Positions 11,676 through 23,984 of a stretch of 64,000 nt of DNA are shown one piece after another; the first letter of the stretch is position 1; every line of letters begins with the position of its first letter. The stretch lies in the NCBI RefSeq assembly GCF_006345805.1, contig NC_043025.1:4960001-5024000 (forward strand). The letters run 5' to 3'. The notes under the pieces were generated by a model. That model saw only the letters and a list, made by a program, of their open reading frames with translations, searched no databases and was not told the DNA's origin. The translations under genes and the position numbers were made by a program. This DNA is from Octopus sinensis (taxonomy: Eukaryota).

Positions 11676-11874
11676 TGTCGTGTTGGCAGTATTATGGGCT
11701 GTGATGAGCAATGTGGGCCCGGCGGACATGTGAAAAGACGCATGTGTGGGCAGCAAGTACATGTGGTGGCAGAGCGACAAGATGTGTTGAATTCGTGAAA
11801 GAGACCGCTGATTTCGCCAAGGTAAGGCCTTTCGTATTTCTTTTTCTGTTGTCCTTTTCCTCTATCACACTACA
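11676..11874. mobile_element. Solo LTR, copy b
   Basis: tgtcgtgttggc...cacactaca. 5-bp TSD tagag/cagag interrupts mariner codons REL-AEK-M. Confidence 0.7.
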
Positions 11875-12052
11875 CAGAGAAAATGGAATGCTCCCACACT
11901 GCTATAGAGAAGCATCTTCACTCGATGGGAAAGGTTCAGAAGTATGGAGCATGGGTTCCGCATGCTTTAAGTGACAACAAAAATCAACGAGCCACAATAT
12001 CCGCCGGTTTGCTTATTCGTCACCGCTCGGCTTATGGACACAAGCAATAATT

Positions 12053-12476
12053 GGCGATCTTTCGTCTCTAGTAGACCTTTCCGTCGATTTCTGTAAAATA
12101 TTTTTTTTTTTTTACATATGGGCTTGTGGGAACTTTTGAAGTAATATACATACATATACACATACACCGAATAAAATATTTCAGCTATCTCTTTCTTTCA
12201 CACATTCCTCTGTCTCTTCACACACACTAACAGAAGCACTTCACTTACACAACATACTGTCTGTCTCCCACACCCTATCAAACACACACACACACACATG
12301 TACATCAATGCTTCCCATGCACGGTAACTTCAAAAGAACTTCCCTCGTCATACAATCGCTTTCTCTTAGTCAGTTTCGCTCTCATTACTTCAAAAGTTCC
12401 CGCAAGCCCATATGTAGAAAAAAAAATTTTTTTTACAGAAATCGACGGAAAGGTCTACTAGAGACGAAAGATCGCC
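12053..12476 (+). mobile_element. Merlin-like MITE family 2, copy c
   Basis: GG/CC ends, ~90-bp TIRs, perfect 8-bp TSD caataatt (12045-12052, 12477-12484). Confidence 0.9.
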
Positions 12477-12694
12477 CAATAATTTCTTTACCGAATCATT
12501 GCTAGCAACGAAAAATGGTCCCTGTACATCAATATGAAGCAACGTAAGGAATGGCTTAGCTCCGGCAAACAAGCGGCCACTGTGCATGAAACAAGATCTT
12601 CATCCGCGTAAAACGATGACTGGTTCATGACCTCATCCTTTGACATTATTTACCTTGTGAAAACCAAGTACACAGTGACTTTACAAGCTGAAAT

Positions 12695-12907
12695 TACTTA
12701 CTTTTGCTTGTTTCAGTCATTTGACTGCGGCCATGCTGGAGCACCGCCTTTTAGTCGAGCAAATCGACCCAGGGACTTATTTTTTGCAAGCCCAGTACTT
12801 ATTCTATCGGTCTCTTTTTGCCGAACCGCTAAGTGACGGGGACATAAACACACCAGCATCGGTTGTCAAGCAATGCTAGGGGGACAAACACAGGCACACA
12901 AACACAT

Positions 12908-12958
<51 letters not shown>

Positions 12959-13313
12959 ATATATACATATATACGACGGGCTTCTTTCAGTTTCCGTCTA
13001 CCAAATCCATTCACAAGGCATTGGTCGGCCCGGGGATATAGCAGAAGACACTTGCCCAAGATGCCATGCAGTGGGACTGAACCGGAACCATGTGGTTGGT
13101 TAGCAAGCTACTTACCACACAGCCACTCCTATGTATATATACATGCATACATACGACAGGCTTCTTTCAGTTTCCGTCTACCAAATCCACTCACAAGGCA
13201 TTGGTCGGCCCGGGGCTATAGCAGAAGACACTTGCCCAAGGTGCCACGCAGTGAGACTGAACCCGGAACCATGTGGTTGGTTAGCAAGCTACTTACCACA
13301 CAGCCACTCCTGC
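12695..13313 (-). mobile_element. tRNA-derived SINE family A (full copy plus tandem 5' half)
   Basis: Head ggagtggctgtgtggtaagtagcttg...gggttcagtccc (A/B boxes), central (TA)n, tail ggcggtgctccagcatggccgcagtcaaatgactgaaacaagtaaaagag. Further copies approx. 14652-15035, 15340-15580, 20984-21385, 21576-21965, 22908-23308, 48800-49110, 51135-51532, 58000-58523 and 59834-60232. Confidence 0.88.
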
Positions 13314-13455
13314 GCTTGTTTAAGATCGACTAAGTAGGAGGTCTACCCCAATTTGGAAAAATTTCAGGCAATTTGAAAGAGAACACCTTTTATGCTTTGT
13401 TCACTCGTAGCTGGCTTGCTTATCATCGTTGTCATGTATTGTCTACCTGCAGTGC

Positions 13456-13839
13456 GTGGGAGGCGCAATGGCCCAGTGGTTAGGGCAGCGGACTCGCAGT
13501 CGTAGGATCGCGGTTTCGATTACCTGACCGGGCGTTATGAGTGTTTATTGAGCGAAAACACCTAAAGCTCCACGAGGGACCGGCAGGGGATGGTGGTGAT
13601 CCCTGCTGTACTCTTTCATCACAACTTTCTCTCACTCTTACTTCCTGTTTCTGTTGTACCTGTATTTCAAAGGGCCGGCCTTGTCACTCTCTGTGTCACA
13701 CTGAATATCCCCGAGAACTGCATTAAGGGTACTCGTGTCTGTGGAGTGCTCAGCCACTTGCACGTTAATTTCACGAGCAGGCTGTTCCGTTGATCGGATC
13801 AACCGGAACCCTTGTCGTCATAACCGACGGAGTGCTTCC
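13456..13839 (+). mobile_element. tRNA-derived SINE family C
   Basis: Head gcgcaatggcccagtggttaggg...ggtttcgatt (A/B boxes). 11-bp TSD acctgcagtgc (13445-13455, 13840-13850). Confidence 0.82.
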
Positions 13840-13849
13840 ACCTGCAGTG

Positions 13850-14035
13850 CATTGATGTCACTACAACAAAAGCCTTCTTGATTAAGCAAGAGTTCTCCAG
13901 CTGCTTTGCCACCCTTGGTCACCCAGCACTTGATATTGTCCATTTATTGAATTCTTCACCTGACATTTCATCTACTACTCTCGACTCTTCCTTCCATGAT
14001 AATATTTTCCAAACCTCTGCATACACATACATCAT
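13850..14035 (-). pseudogene. Degenerate LINE (RTE-like) C-terminal fragment
   Basis: Minus strand reads LENIIMEGRVESSR*...MDNIKCW, like the IMEGKVEGKRxRGRP..WxDNIKxW end of LINE ORF2. A related piece lies at 14385-14495. Confidence 0.45.
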
Positions 14036-14046
14036 TGTCATGACTC

Positions 14047-14385
14047 GTGGAGTTGCGTGGCTTAGGGGTTAGGGCATTCGACTCATGATTGTAAGGTCGT
14101 GATTTCGATTCCCGGCGACGCGTTGTGTCCTTGAGGAAGACAATTTATTTCACGTTGCTCCAGTTCACTCAGCTGGCAAAAATGAGCTGTATCTGTATTT
14201 CAAAGGGCTGGCCTTGTCACACTCTGTGTCATGCTGAATCTCCCTGAGAACTACATTAGGGGTACGTGTGTCTGTGGATTGCTCAACCACTTGCACGTTA
14301 ATTTCACGAGCAGGCTGTTCCGTTGATCGTATCAGCTGGGACCCTCGTCGTCGTAACCGACGGAGTGCTCCTATGACTCGTACGT
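14047..14385 (+). mobile_element. tRNA-derived SINE family D
   Basis: Different head (gcgtggcttag...gatttcgattcc) joined to the same 3' half as 13456-13839. Inverted copy at 47965-48290. Confidence 0.78.
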
Positions 14386-14615
14386 CTGCACCACGTTGAT
14401 AATACTACACCAAAAAGCTTCCTAATTAAGTGCATACGCCGCAGCAACCCACAGCTTCTTCAGCTGTTTTACCACTCTTGTCCAGCCCATTGCGTGGTAC
14501 CTTGGTCAAGTGTCTTCTACTATAGCCTCGGGCCAACAAAAGCCTTGTGAGTGGGTTTGGTAGACGGAACCTTTAAGAAGCCCGTCGTATATATGTGTAT
14601 ATATATATATATTAT

Positions 14616-14653
<38 letters not shown>

Positions 14654-15880
14654 GGAGTGGCTGTGTGGTAAGTAGCTTGCTAACCAACCACATGGTTCCA
14701 GGTTCAGTCCCACTGTGTGGCATCTTGGGCAAGTGTCTTCTGCTATAGCCCCGGGTCGACCAATACCTTGTCAGTGGATTTGGTAGACGGAAACTGAAAG
14801 AAGCATGTCATATATATGTATATATATGTATGTGTGTGTTTGTGTGTCTGTGTTTGTTCCCCTAGCATTGCTTGACATCTATGCTGGTGTGTTTACGTTG
14901 CCATCACTTAGCGGTTGGCAAAAAGAGACCGTTAGAATAAGTACTGGGCTTACAAAGAATAAGTCCCGGGGTCGATTTGCTAAAGGCGGTGCTCCAGCAT
15001 GGCCACAGTCAAATGACTGAAACAAGTAAAAGAAAAAAAAAAATATATGTGTGTGTCTGTGTGTTTGTCCAGTCAACAACATTTGTTGAATATACGTTGC
15101 ATTAGAAGTATTAGACGATTTCTGTTTCGCTCCTGTGACCGGGTGTTGAGGTTTACTGCTCGGATTCTGTACGGTTGATCGTGGGAATTTTCCGAACGCC
15201 CCCTCCCTTTGTCAGTGCGCATTTTTTTTGTCATATTCCTTTAATATACGATGCCTTACACCTGTTACACATTTTGGTACTACTAGCGAACAGTGGCCCC
15301 GGTGCACGCACACGCGTAGTCACGCATCCGCGCTTGCTAGTCGTATATATATATGTATATATATATATGTTTGTGTGTCTGTGTTTGTCCCCCCCCCCCC
15401 CAACATCGCTTGACAACTGATGGTGGTGTGTTTACTTCCCTGTAGCTTAGCGGTTCGGCAAAAGAGACCGATAAAATAAGTACTAGGCTTACAAAGAATA
15501 AGTCCTGGGGTCGATTTACTCGACTAAAGGCAGTGCTCCAGCATGGCCACAGTCAAATTACTAAAAGAAGTAAAAGAGCAAGCCATGCATTTTGATGCCA
15601 TCGTCTTCCTGGTGCCCATGTCTGAATAAAAGACTGGCGTTTCCATTAGAGGAACATCCTCAGTTGGACGTCTTTCGGATCAAAGCCGACCAAGGGTTAA
15701 ACAAAAGCAAGTGAGGCCGACAATAAGAACAAGAAGATGAAGAATTAATGAATCCAGAACGAAGTTTATAAATTGCAAATATATGTTCATTTATTTGTTC
15801 AGCACCGTCTAAGACATATAAATGCATTGACAGACTATACAATGTCTTTGAGAGCAGGGTGATGTGGTGGGGAGGAGAGA

Positions 15881-18800
15881 GAAAATTCTTCAGCGCAAGG
15901 ACTGGCTTGGGGGGGAGTCTGGATATGACTGGACATCTCCCCTACCCCAAAATTCTTCAGGGCAAGGACTGGCTTGGGGGGATTCTGGATATGACTGGAC
16001 ATCTCCCCTGCCCCAAAATTCTTCAGGCAAGGACTGGCTTGGGGGGGATTCTGGATATGACTGTACATCTCCCCTACCCCAAAATTCTTCAGGGCAAGGA
16101 CTTGCTTGGGGGGTGTTCTGGATATGACTGTACATCTCCCCTACCCCCAAATTCTTCAGGGCAAGGACTGGCTTGGGGGGATTCTGGATATGACTGGACA
16201 TCTCCCCTACCCCAAAATTCTTCAGGGCAAGGACTGGCTGGGGGGGATTCTGGATATGACTGGACATCTCCCCTACCCCAAAATTCTTCAGGGCAAGGAC
16301 TGGCTTGGGGGGATTCTGGATATGACTGGACATCTCCCCTACCCCAAAATTCTTCAGGGCAAGGACTGGCTTGGGGGGATTCTGGATATGACTGGACATC
16401 TCCCCTACCCCAAAATTCTTCAGGGCAAGGACTGGCTGGGGGGGATTCTGGATATGACTGGACATCTCCCCTACCCCAAAATTCTTCAGGGCAAGGACTG
16501 GCTTGGGGGGATTCTGGATATGACTGGACATCTCCCCTACCCCAAAATTCTTCAGGGCAAGGACTGGCTTGGGGGGTTCTGGATATGACTGTACATCTCC
16601 CCTACCCCAAATTCTTCAGGGCAAGGACTGGCTTGGGGGATTCTGGATATGACTGGACATCTCCCCTACACCAAAATTCTTCAGGGCAAGGACTGGCTTG
16701 GGGCGATTCTGGATATGACTGGACATCTCCCCTACCCCAAAATTCTTCAGGGCAAGGACTGGCTTGGGGGGATTCTGGATATGACTGGACATCTCCCCTA
16801 TCCCAAAATTCTTCAGGGCAAGGACTGGCTTGGGAGGATTCTGGATATGACTGGACATCTCCCCTACCCCAAAATTCTTCAGGGCAAGGACTGGCTTGGG
16901 GGGATTCTGGATATGACTGGACATCTCCCCTACCCCAAAATTCTTCAGGGCAAGGACTGGCTTGGGGGGGATTCTGGATATGACTGGACATCTCCCCTAC
17001 CCCAAAATTCTTCAGGGCAAGGACTGGCTTGGGGGGGATTCTGGATATGACTGGACATCTCCCCTACCCCAAAATTCTTCAGGGCAAGGACTGGCTTGGG
17101 GAGATTCTGGATATGACTGGACATCTCCCCTACCCCAAAATTCTTCAGGGCAAGGACTGGCTTGGGGGGATTCTGGATATGACTGGACATCTCCCCAGCC
17201 CCAAAATTCTTCAGCGCAAGGACTGGCTTGGGGGGGATTCTGGATATGAGTGGACATCTCCCCTACCCCAAAATTCTTCAGGGCAAGGACTGGCTTGGGG
17301 GGATTCTGGATATGACTGGACATCCCCTACCCCCCCAAATTCTTCAGGGCAAGGACTGGCTTGGGGGGATTCTGGATATGACTGGACATCTCCCCTACCC
17401 CAAAATTCTTCAGGGCAAGGACTGGCTTAGGGGGGATTCTGGATATGACTGGACATCTCCCCTACCCCAAAATTCTTCAGGGCAAGGACTGGCTTGGGGG
17501 GAAGGCTGGATATGACTGGACATCTCCCCTACCCCAAAATTCTTCTGTGCAAGGACTGGCTTGAGGGGGAGTCTGGATATGACTGGACATCTCCCCTACC
17601 CCAAAATTATTCAGGGCAAGGACTGGCTTGGGGGGAGTCTGGATATGACTGGACATCTCCCCTACCCCAAAATTCTTCAGGGCAAGGACTGGCTTGGGGG
17701 GATTCTGGATATCCTGGACATCTCCCCTATCCCAAAATTCTTCAGGGCAAGGACTGGCTTGGGGGGATTCTGGATATGACTGGACATCTCCCCTACCCCA
17801 AAATTCTTCAGGGCAAGGACTGGCTTGGGGGTGATTCTGGATATGACTGGACATCTCCCCTACCCCAAAATTCTTCAGGGCAAGGACTGGCTTGGGGGGG
17901 ATTCTGGAAATGACTGGACATCTCCCCTACCCCAAAATTCTTCAGGGCAAGGACTGGCTTGGGGGGATTCTGGATATGACTGGACATCTCCCCTACCCCA
18001 AAATTCTTCAGCGCAAGGACTGGCTTGGGGGGATTCTGGATATGACTGGACATCTCCCCTACCCCAAAATTCTTCAGGGCAAGGACTGGCTTGGGGGGGA
18101 TTCTGGATATGACTGGACACCTCCCCTACCCCAAAATTCTTCAGGGCAAGGACTGGCTTGGGGGGGAGTCTTGATATGACTGGACATCTCCCCTACCCCA
18201 AAATTCTTCTGGGCAAGGACTGGCTTGGGGAATTCTGGATATGACTGGACATCTCCCCTACCCCAAAATTCTTCAGTGCAAGGACTGGCTTGGGGGGATT
18301 CTGGATATGACTGGACATCTCCCCTACCCCAAAATTCTTCAGGGCAAGGACTGGCTTGGGGGGGAGTCTGGATATGACTGGACATCTCCCCTACCCCAAA
18401 ATTCTTCAGGGCAAGGACTGGCTTGCGGGGGAGTCTGGATATGACTGGACATCTCCCCTACCCCAAAATTCTTCAGCGCAAGGACTGGCTTGGGGGGATT
18501 CAGGATATGACTGGACATCTCCCCTACCCCAAAATTCTTCAGCGCAAGGACTGGCTTGGGGGGATTCTGGATGTGACTGTACATCTCCCCTACCCCAAAA
18601 TTCTTCAGCGCAAGGACTGGCTTGGGGGGATTCTGGATATGACTGGACATCTCCCCTACCCCAAAATTCTTCAGGGCAAGGACTGGCTTGGGGGGGAGTC
18701 TGGATATGACTGGACATCTCCCCTACACCAAAATTCTTCAGCGCAAGGACTGGCTTGGGGGGATCTGGATATGACTGTACATCTCCCCTACCCCAAAATT

Positions 18801-20186
18801 CTTCAGGGCAAGGACTGGCTTGGGGGGGGAGTCTGGATATGACTGGACATCTCCCCTACCCCAAAATTCTTCAGCGCAAGGACTGGCTTGGGGGGATTCT
18901 GGATACGACTGGACATCTCCCTTACCCCAAAATTCTTCAGGGCAAAGACTGGCTTGGGGGGGAGTCTGGATATGACTGGACATCTCCCCTACCCCAAAAT
19001 TCTTCAGCGCAAGGACTGGCTTGGGGGGATTCTGGATACGACTGGACATCTCCCTTACCCCAAAATTCTTCAGGGCAAAGACTGGCTTGGGGGGATTCTG
19101 GATATGACTGGACATCTCCTCTACCCCAAAATTCTTCAGCGCAAGGACTGACTTGGGGGGATCCTGGATATGACTGGACATCTCCCCTACCCCAAAATTC
19201 TTCAGGGCAAGGACTGGCTTGTGGGGGATTCTGGATATGACTGGACATCTCCCCTGCCCCAAAATTCTTCAGGGCAAGGACTGGCTTGGGGGGATTCTGG
19301 ATATGACTGGACATCTCCCCTACCCCAAAATTTTTCAGGGCAAGGACTGGCCTGGGCGCGGATTCTGGATATGACTGGACATCTCCCCTACCCCAAAATT
19401 CTTCAGGGCAAGGACTGGCTTGGGGGGGATTCTGGATATGACTGGACATCTCCCCTACCCCAAAATTCTTCAGGGCAAGGACTGGCTTGCGGGGATTCTG
19501 GATATGACTGGACATCTCCCCTACCCCAAAATTCTTCAGGGCAAGGACTGGCTTGCGGGGATTCTGGATATGAGTGGACATCTCCCCTACCCCAAAATTC
19601 TTCAGGGCAAGGACTGGCTTGGGGGGGATTCTGGATATGACTGGACATCTCCCCTACCCCAAAATTCTTCAGGGCAAGGACTGGCTTGGCGGGGATTCTG
19701 GTTATGACTGGACATCTCCCCTACCCCAAAATTCTTCAGGGCAAGGACTGGCTTGCGGGGATTCTGGATATGACTGGACATCTCCCCTACCCCAAAATTC
19801 TTCAGGGCAAGGACTGGCTTGGGGGGGATTCTGGATATGACTGGACATCTCCCCTACCCCAAAATTCTTCAGGGCAAGGACTGGCTTGGAGGGGATTCTG
19901 GATATGACTGGACATCTCCCCTACCCCAAAATTCTTCAGGGCAAGGACTGGCTTGACGGGGATTCTGGATATGACTGGACATCTCCGCTACCCCAAAATT
20001 CTTCAGGGCAAGGACTGGCTTGGGGGGGATTCTGGATATGACTGGACATCTCCCCTACCCCCAAATTTTTCAGGGCAAGGACTGGCTCAAGGGGTGGGGA
20101 TTCTGCATGTGACTAGACATCTCCCCAACCCCAAAATTTATCAGGGCAAAGACTGGCTTGGGGGGATTCTGGATATGACTCGACAT
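15881..20186. repeat. 66-bp tandem satellite, roughly 65 units
   Basis: Unit gggcaaggactggcttggggggattctggatatgactggacatctcccctaccccaaaattcttca. Variation is mostly in G-run length plus scattered substitutions. Confidence 0.97.
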
Positions 20187-20299
20187 ATGCGTACCTTTGG
20201 GTGGTTCCTATGTAGAAAAAGACTAATAACTGTGCCAAGTTTCGTTGCTCTACTACTATGGGAAGTGGGTCAGGGGCATTACTTATTGAACGCCCCTCG
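20187..20299 (-). mobile_element. Mariner-type terminal segment abutting the satellite
   Basis: Minus strand reads TA + cgaggggcgttcaataagtaatgcccctgacccac, a TACGAGGG-type Tc1/mariner end. It runs directly into the last satellite unit. Confidence 0.55.
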
Positions 20300-20440
20300 T
20301 ATGTATGTATGTTTACACATGAATGTGCATATATGTGTGTCTGTGTGTATGGAGATGTATAGACAGGCATCCCAAAAGTAAATAGACACTGTTTTCGAAA
20401 GATTTATTTCTGGGCACCGAATGTCATCCGATGCCCTTAA

Positions 20441-20663
20441 CCCTTTTATTACCATATTTCCTTTGAGATGCTCTGTGTTTTTTTTCGATTAATGTTAAAT
20501 ATAACAAAGAATTTAGTAAAATAACTTAGTTATCATTCAGCTAGTTTTAGGAACATAAATTGTGACTAAGGTTTGGTGGAAGATTTTAATTCAAAACTTA
20601 TGAAAACAAGACATTTGTACTACAGTGCCAGAGGTGGTTTCAGCCAGGTTGGTAACGAAAGGG
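20441..20663. mobile_element. piggyBac-type MITE
   Basis: ttaa|cccttttattacc ... ggtaacgaaaggg|ttaa: CCC/GGG ends with TTAA duplication. Confidence 0.75.
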
Positions 20664-21967
20664 TTAATCCTCAAACTTGCAGATTCCTCCGTAGAGTGTA
20701 ACGCTTGGAATTAATCATGGATTATCTCATGGCTTTGAGATTTTGGTAATTGATTGTTCATTTCCAGAATGACATTGTAGGACGGGTGTGAGAGGTCAGA
20801 TCTGGCCACTTTGAACATAAAAACAGGCAGAATACTTTGGACTGAATATGGCCAGTTTAAACGCTAAAGGGTCAAATACTCAAACTAGAATTTAGTTGAG
20901 ATGTCTCGTACAGATTTCAATGATTTAAACCATTTGGGAATCGGAACGATGAATAATGTTTACACAAATTAAACAATAAGGCGCAGGAGTGGCTGTGTGG
21001 TAAGTAGCTTGCCTACCAACCATATGGTTCAGGGTTCAGTCCCATTGTGTGGCATCTTGGGCAAGTGTCTTCTACTATAGCCTCGGGCCGACCAATGCCT
21101 TGTGAGTGGATTTGGTAGACGGAAACTGAAAGAAGCCTGTCGTATATATATGTATACATATACATATGTGTGTTTGTGTGTCTGCGTTTGTCCCCACTAG
21201 CATTGCTTGACAACCGATGCTGGTGTGTTTACGTCCCCGTCACTTAGCGGTTCGGCAAAAGAGACCGATAGAATAAGTACTGGGCTTACAAAGAATAAGT
21301 CCCGGGGTCGATTTGCTCGATTAAAGGTGGTGCTCCAGCATGGCCGCAGTCAAATGACTGAAACAAGTAAAAGAGTAAAAGAATAAGGCGTCTATTTACT
21401 TTTGGACTGTCTGTGTTGTCGGATAAATTTGCTTGTTTCTTTCCAAGGTTAATTTAGTCTTTTCCGGTGCACTGCTGTTCTTTACAGCTTTTCTGTTGGT
21501 TATCGTTTTCGGAATTAGAATAAATTTGACCTCTTTTCAATTAATATTATAATAAATTGTCGGGTAAGAATCCCCCCGGCTGTGTGGTAAGTAGCTTGCT
21601 TACCAATCACATGGTTTCGGGTTCAGTCCCACTGCATGGAACTGTGGGCAAGTGTCTTCTACTATAGCCTCGGGCCGACCAAAGCCTTGTGAGTGAATTT
21701 GATAGACGGAAACTGAAAAAAGCCTGTCGTATATATGTATATATATGTGTGTGTATGTTTGTGTGTCTGTGTTTGTCCCCCTAAAATTGCTTGACAATCG
21801 ATGCTGGTGTGTTTATGTCCCCGTCACTTAGCAGTTCGGCAAAAAGGACCGATAGAATAAGTACTGGGCTTACAAAAGAGTAAGTCCCGGGGTCGAGTTG
21901 CTCGACTAAAGGCGGTGCTCCAGCATGGCCGCAGTCAAATGACTGAAACAAGTAAAAGAGTAAGAGT

Positions 21968-22855
21968 ATTAGCATTTTCGACACCTGCTTCCCTTTACTA
22001 TTCACCAAAATTCCGAAGATGGCAGAACTGCTCGAGTCATTTCTGCAGCAGACACTGGAGATGCTGTTAATGAAAGAACTGCACAGAACTGGTTTCCATG
22101 TTCCGAGGAGGAATGATTGTACTGGTTGAAGATCTTCACAATCCCACTTGGGAATTGGCCTAGCAAATGCAATGCCCTTGTAATACTGTCACCTGCTGTT
22201 TTCACTCGATGGATAAAGGCCAAAATCTTGGTGCATAAGTGCAACATGCTCTGAACAAACAACATAAACACTGACCCCTATGTTGCTAATTTGACCAAAA
22301 ATGCAATTCAGGAGCTCAGTTGTACTTGTACTTGTGGCGACATTCTTCTACCACCCTTGAGGCATCTCGAACCCTGGCAGCCCACGCACGACGGTCCTGA
22401 GCCAGTCACAGTTCCGTTGGCGCAGGCCGACCACCTGCGGACCCGTGAGCACGGAGAGGTCCTCCTTGATCGTCGTAGCCCAGGTCTTCAGCTGCCCGCC
22501 CGTGCGTTTCTGCCAGTTGGGAAGTGGAGTTGGGAGAAGGACATCACGGCTCAGTTCACCCTCCAGACGCCTACATGCATGACCAAACCACCACAAGCGC
22601 CGTACCGCCGCAAGAGCTCAGTTGGGAAATTCTACGGCATCCACTGTGTTCTCCTGAAACAGCACTTCCAAGATAATCACTTGTTTTGTCCATTCTCCAA
22701 TAATGAGATGGAGAAATGGCTTAAGGAATTCTTTCGGTCAAGATTCAGGAATTCCCAGCATCAAATCACTGACAAGCTACAGGAACATTCACAAGATGTC
22801 ATGGACAATGGAGAAGAATATATTTCTTCACTTTGTTCAATTGTTAATGAAAAAT
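21968..22855 (+). pseudogene. Highly degenerate mariner relic interrupted by an RTE fragment
   Basis: agcattttcgacacctgct matches the EHFRHLL start at 11420. The C-terminal part reads DNHLFCPF...EKWLKEFF...VMDNGEEYI. Confidence 0.55.
22321..22640 (-). mobile_element. RTE-clade LINE 3' fragment
   Basis: RRLWWFGHACRR...WQKRTGGQLKTWATTIKEDL, ending in a (caagta)n tail at 22321-22334. Confidence 0.7.
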
Positions 22856-23307
22856 AATTCCTTAAAATAATGAATTTATCTGACAACTTAAAATATATAT
22901 ATTCTCTTTTACTCTTTTACTTGTTTCAGTCATTTGACTGTGGCCATGCTGGAGCACCGCCTTTAATCGAGCAACTCGACCCCGGGACTTATTCTTTTGT
23001 AAGCCCAGTACTTATTCTATCGGTCTCTTTTGCCGAACCGCTAAGTAACGGGGACATAAACACACCAGCATCGGTTGTCAAGCAATGCTAGGGGGACAAA
23101 CACACTCAAACAAACACACACACACATATATATATATACACATATACGACGGGCTTCTTTCAGTTTCTGTCTACCAAATCCACTCACAAGGCATTGGTCG
23201 GGCCGGGGCTATAGCAGAAGACACTTGCCCAAGATGCCACGCAGTGGGACTGAACCCAGAACCATGTGGCTGGTAAACAAGCTACTTACCACACAGCCAC
23301 TCCTGCG

Positions 23308-23350
<43 letters not shown>

Positions 23351-23984
23351 AACACACACACATACATATATATATACACATATATATACATATATATATA
23401 CATGTCCTGTCTTTTACTGTTTTTATCTTTATTTTTACGGTTTGTTTCTTCATTTGTATTGCTTTTACGTCCTGTTCTTGTCACTTATTTTACCCCTCTG
23501 CAAAAGAACTTTATTCAATTCATTTTGCAGGAAGGATTGCTTCGGCGTGGTCGTGTTCTGCCCTTACCTTCGAAACACGCATTGAGTCGAAACAGGGGCA
23601 GCTGAAGAAGGGGAATGTTCCTTGTGCTGTTTGTCTTGTACTCTGTTCTTTCGTTGTTAAAAAAAGTCCGTTTCCTTGTTTGATTTTATGTTTTCGGTTC
23701 TCGTTGTGTTCTACGTTTATTTGTGGTGTCCTGTACTCATATATGCATGTATATATACATATAGATGTAGGTATGTACATATATGTATGTATGCATGTTT
23801 TATTTATTAATTTGTTATTATATATACATATATATACATACAGACACATATATATACATACACACACACATATATATATACACACACACATATATATACA
23901 TACATATATACACACATATATATACACACACATATATATATACATATATATATATATACATACATACATACATACATACATATA

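Larger units (their letters stand above)
10815..12625 (+). mobile_element. 3'-truncated mariner element with degenerate transposase, hosting three nested insertions
   Basis: TA + TIR ttgggttggcaattaag. From 11393: MECRVKKNEHFRHLLLFAFNQGSKAAKAAHNICVVYGEG...PRSGRP...RELAEKMECSHTAIEKHLHSMGKVQKYGAWVPHAL...IIASNEKWSLY. A second 5' fragment of the family lies at 36362-36650. Confidence 0.85.

Noticed and set aside
12863-13337. Recurrent ORFs such as RRASFSFRLPNPLTRHWSARGYSRRHLPK and [13 protein letters not shown]
   Set aside because: Chance frames inside SINE family A. They recur because the SINE recurs.
15915-15950. Hairpin or G-quadruplex function for the 66-bp unit (ggatatg/catctcc; G-run and C-runs)
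   Set aside because: The stem is short and mismatched and there is one long G-run per 66 bp. Nothing in the sequence shows selection for structure.
15881-20186. Satellite, SINE pentamer and 120-bp arrays as CRISPR-like arrays
   Set aside because: No unique spacers between repeats, no cas genes, eukaryotic context.
15859-20381. Dozens of long ORFs (up to 374 aa) with 22-aa repeats
   Set aside because: They are translations of the 66-bp satellite, open on both strands. Constant G-run indels switch frames, so there is no sign of coding constraint.
23545-23635. Possible type III hammerhead (gtt-ctgccctt...aggggcag-CTGAAGA-stem)
   Set aside because: Stem I and CUGAAGA are present but no GAAA follows stem II and no stem III forms. 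At best a remnant.
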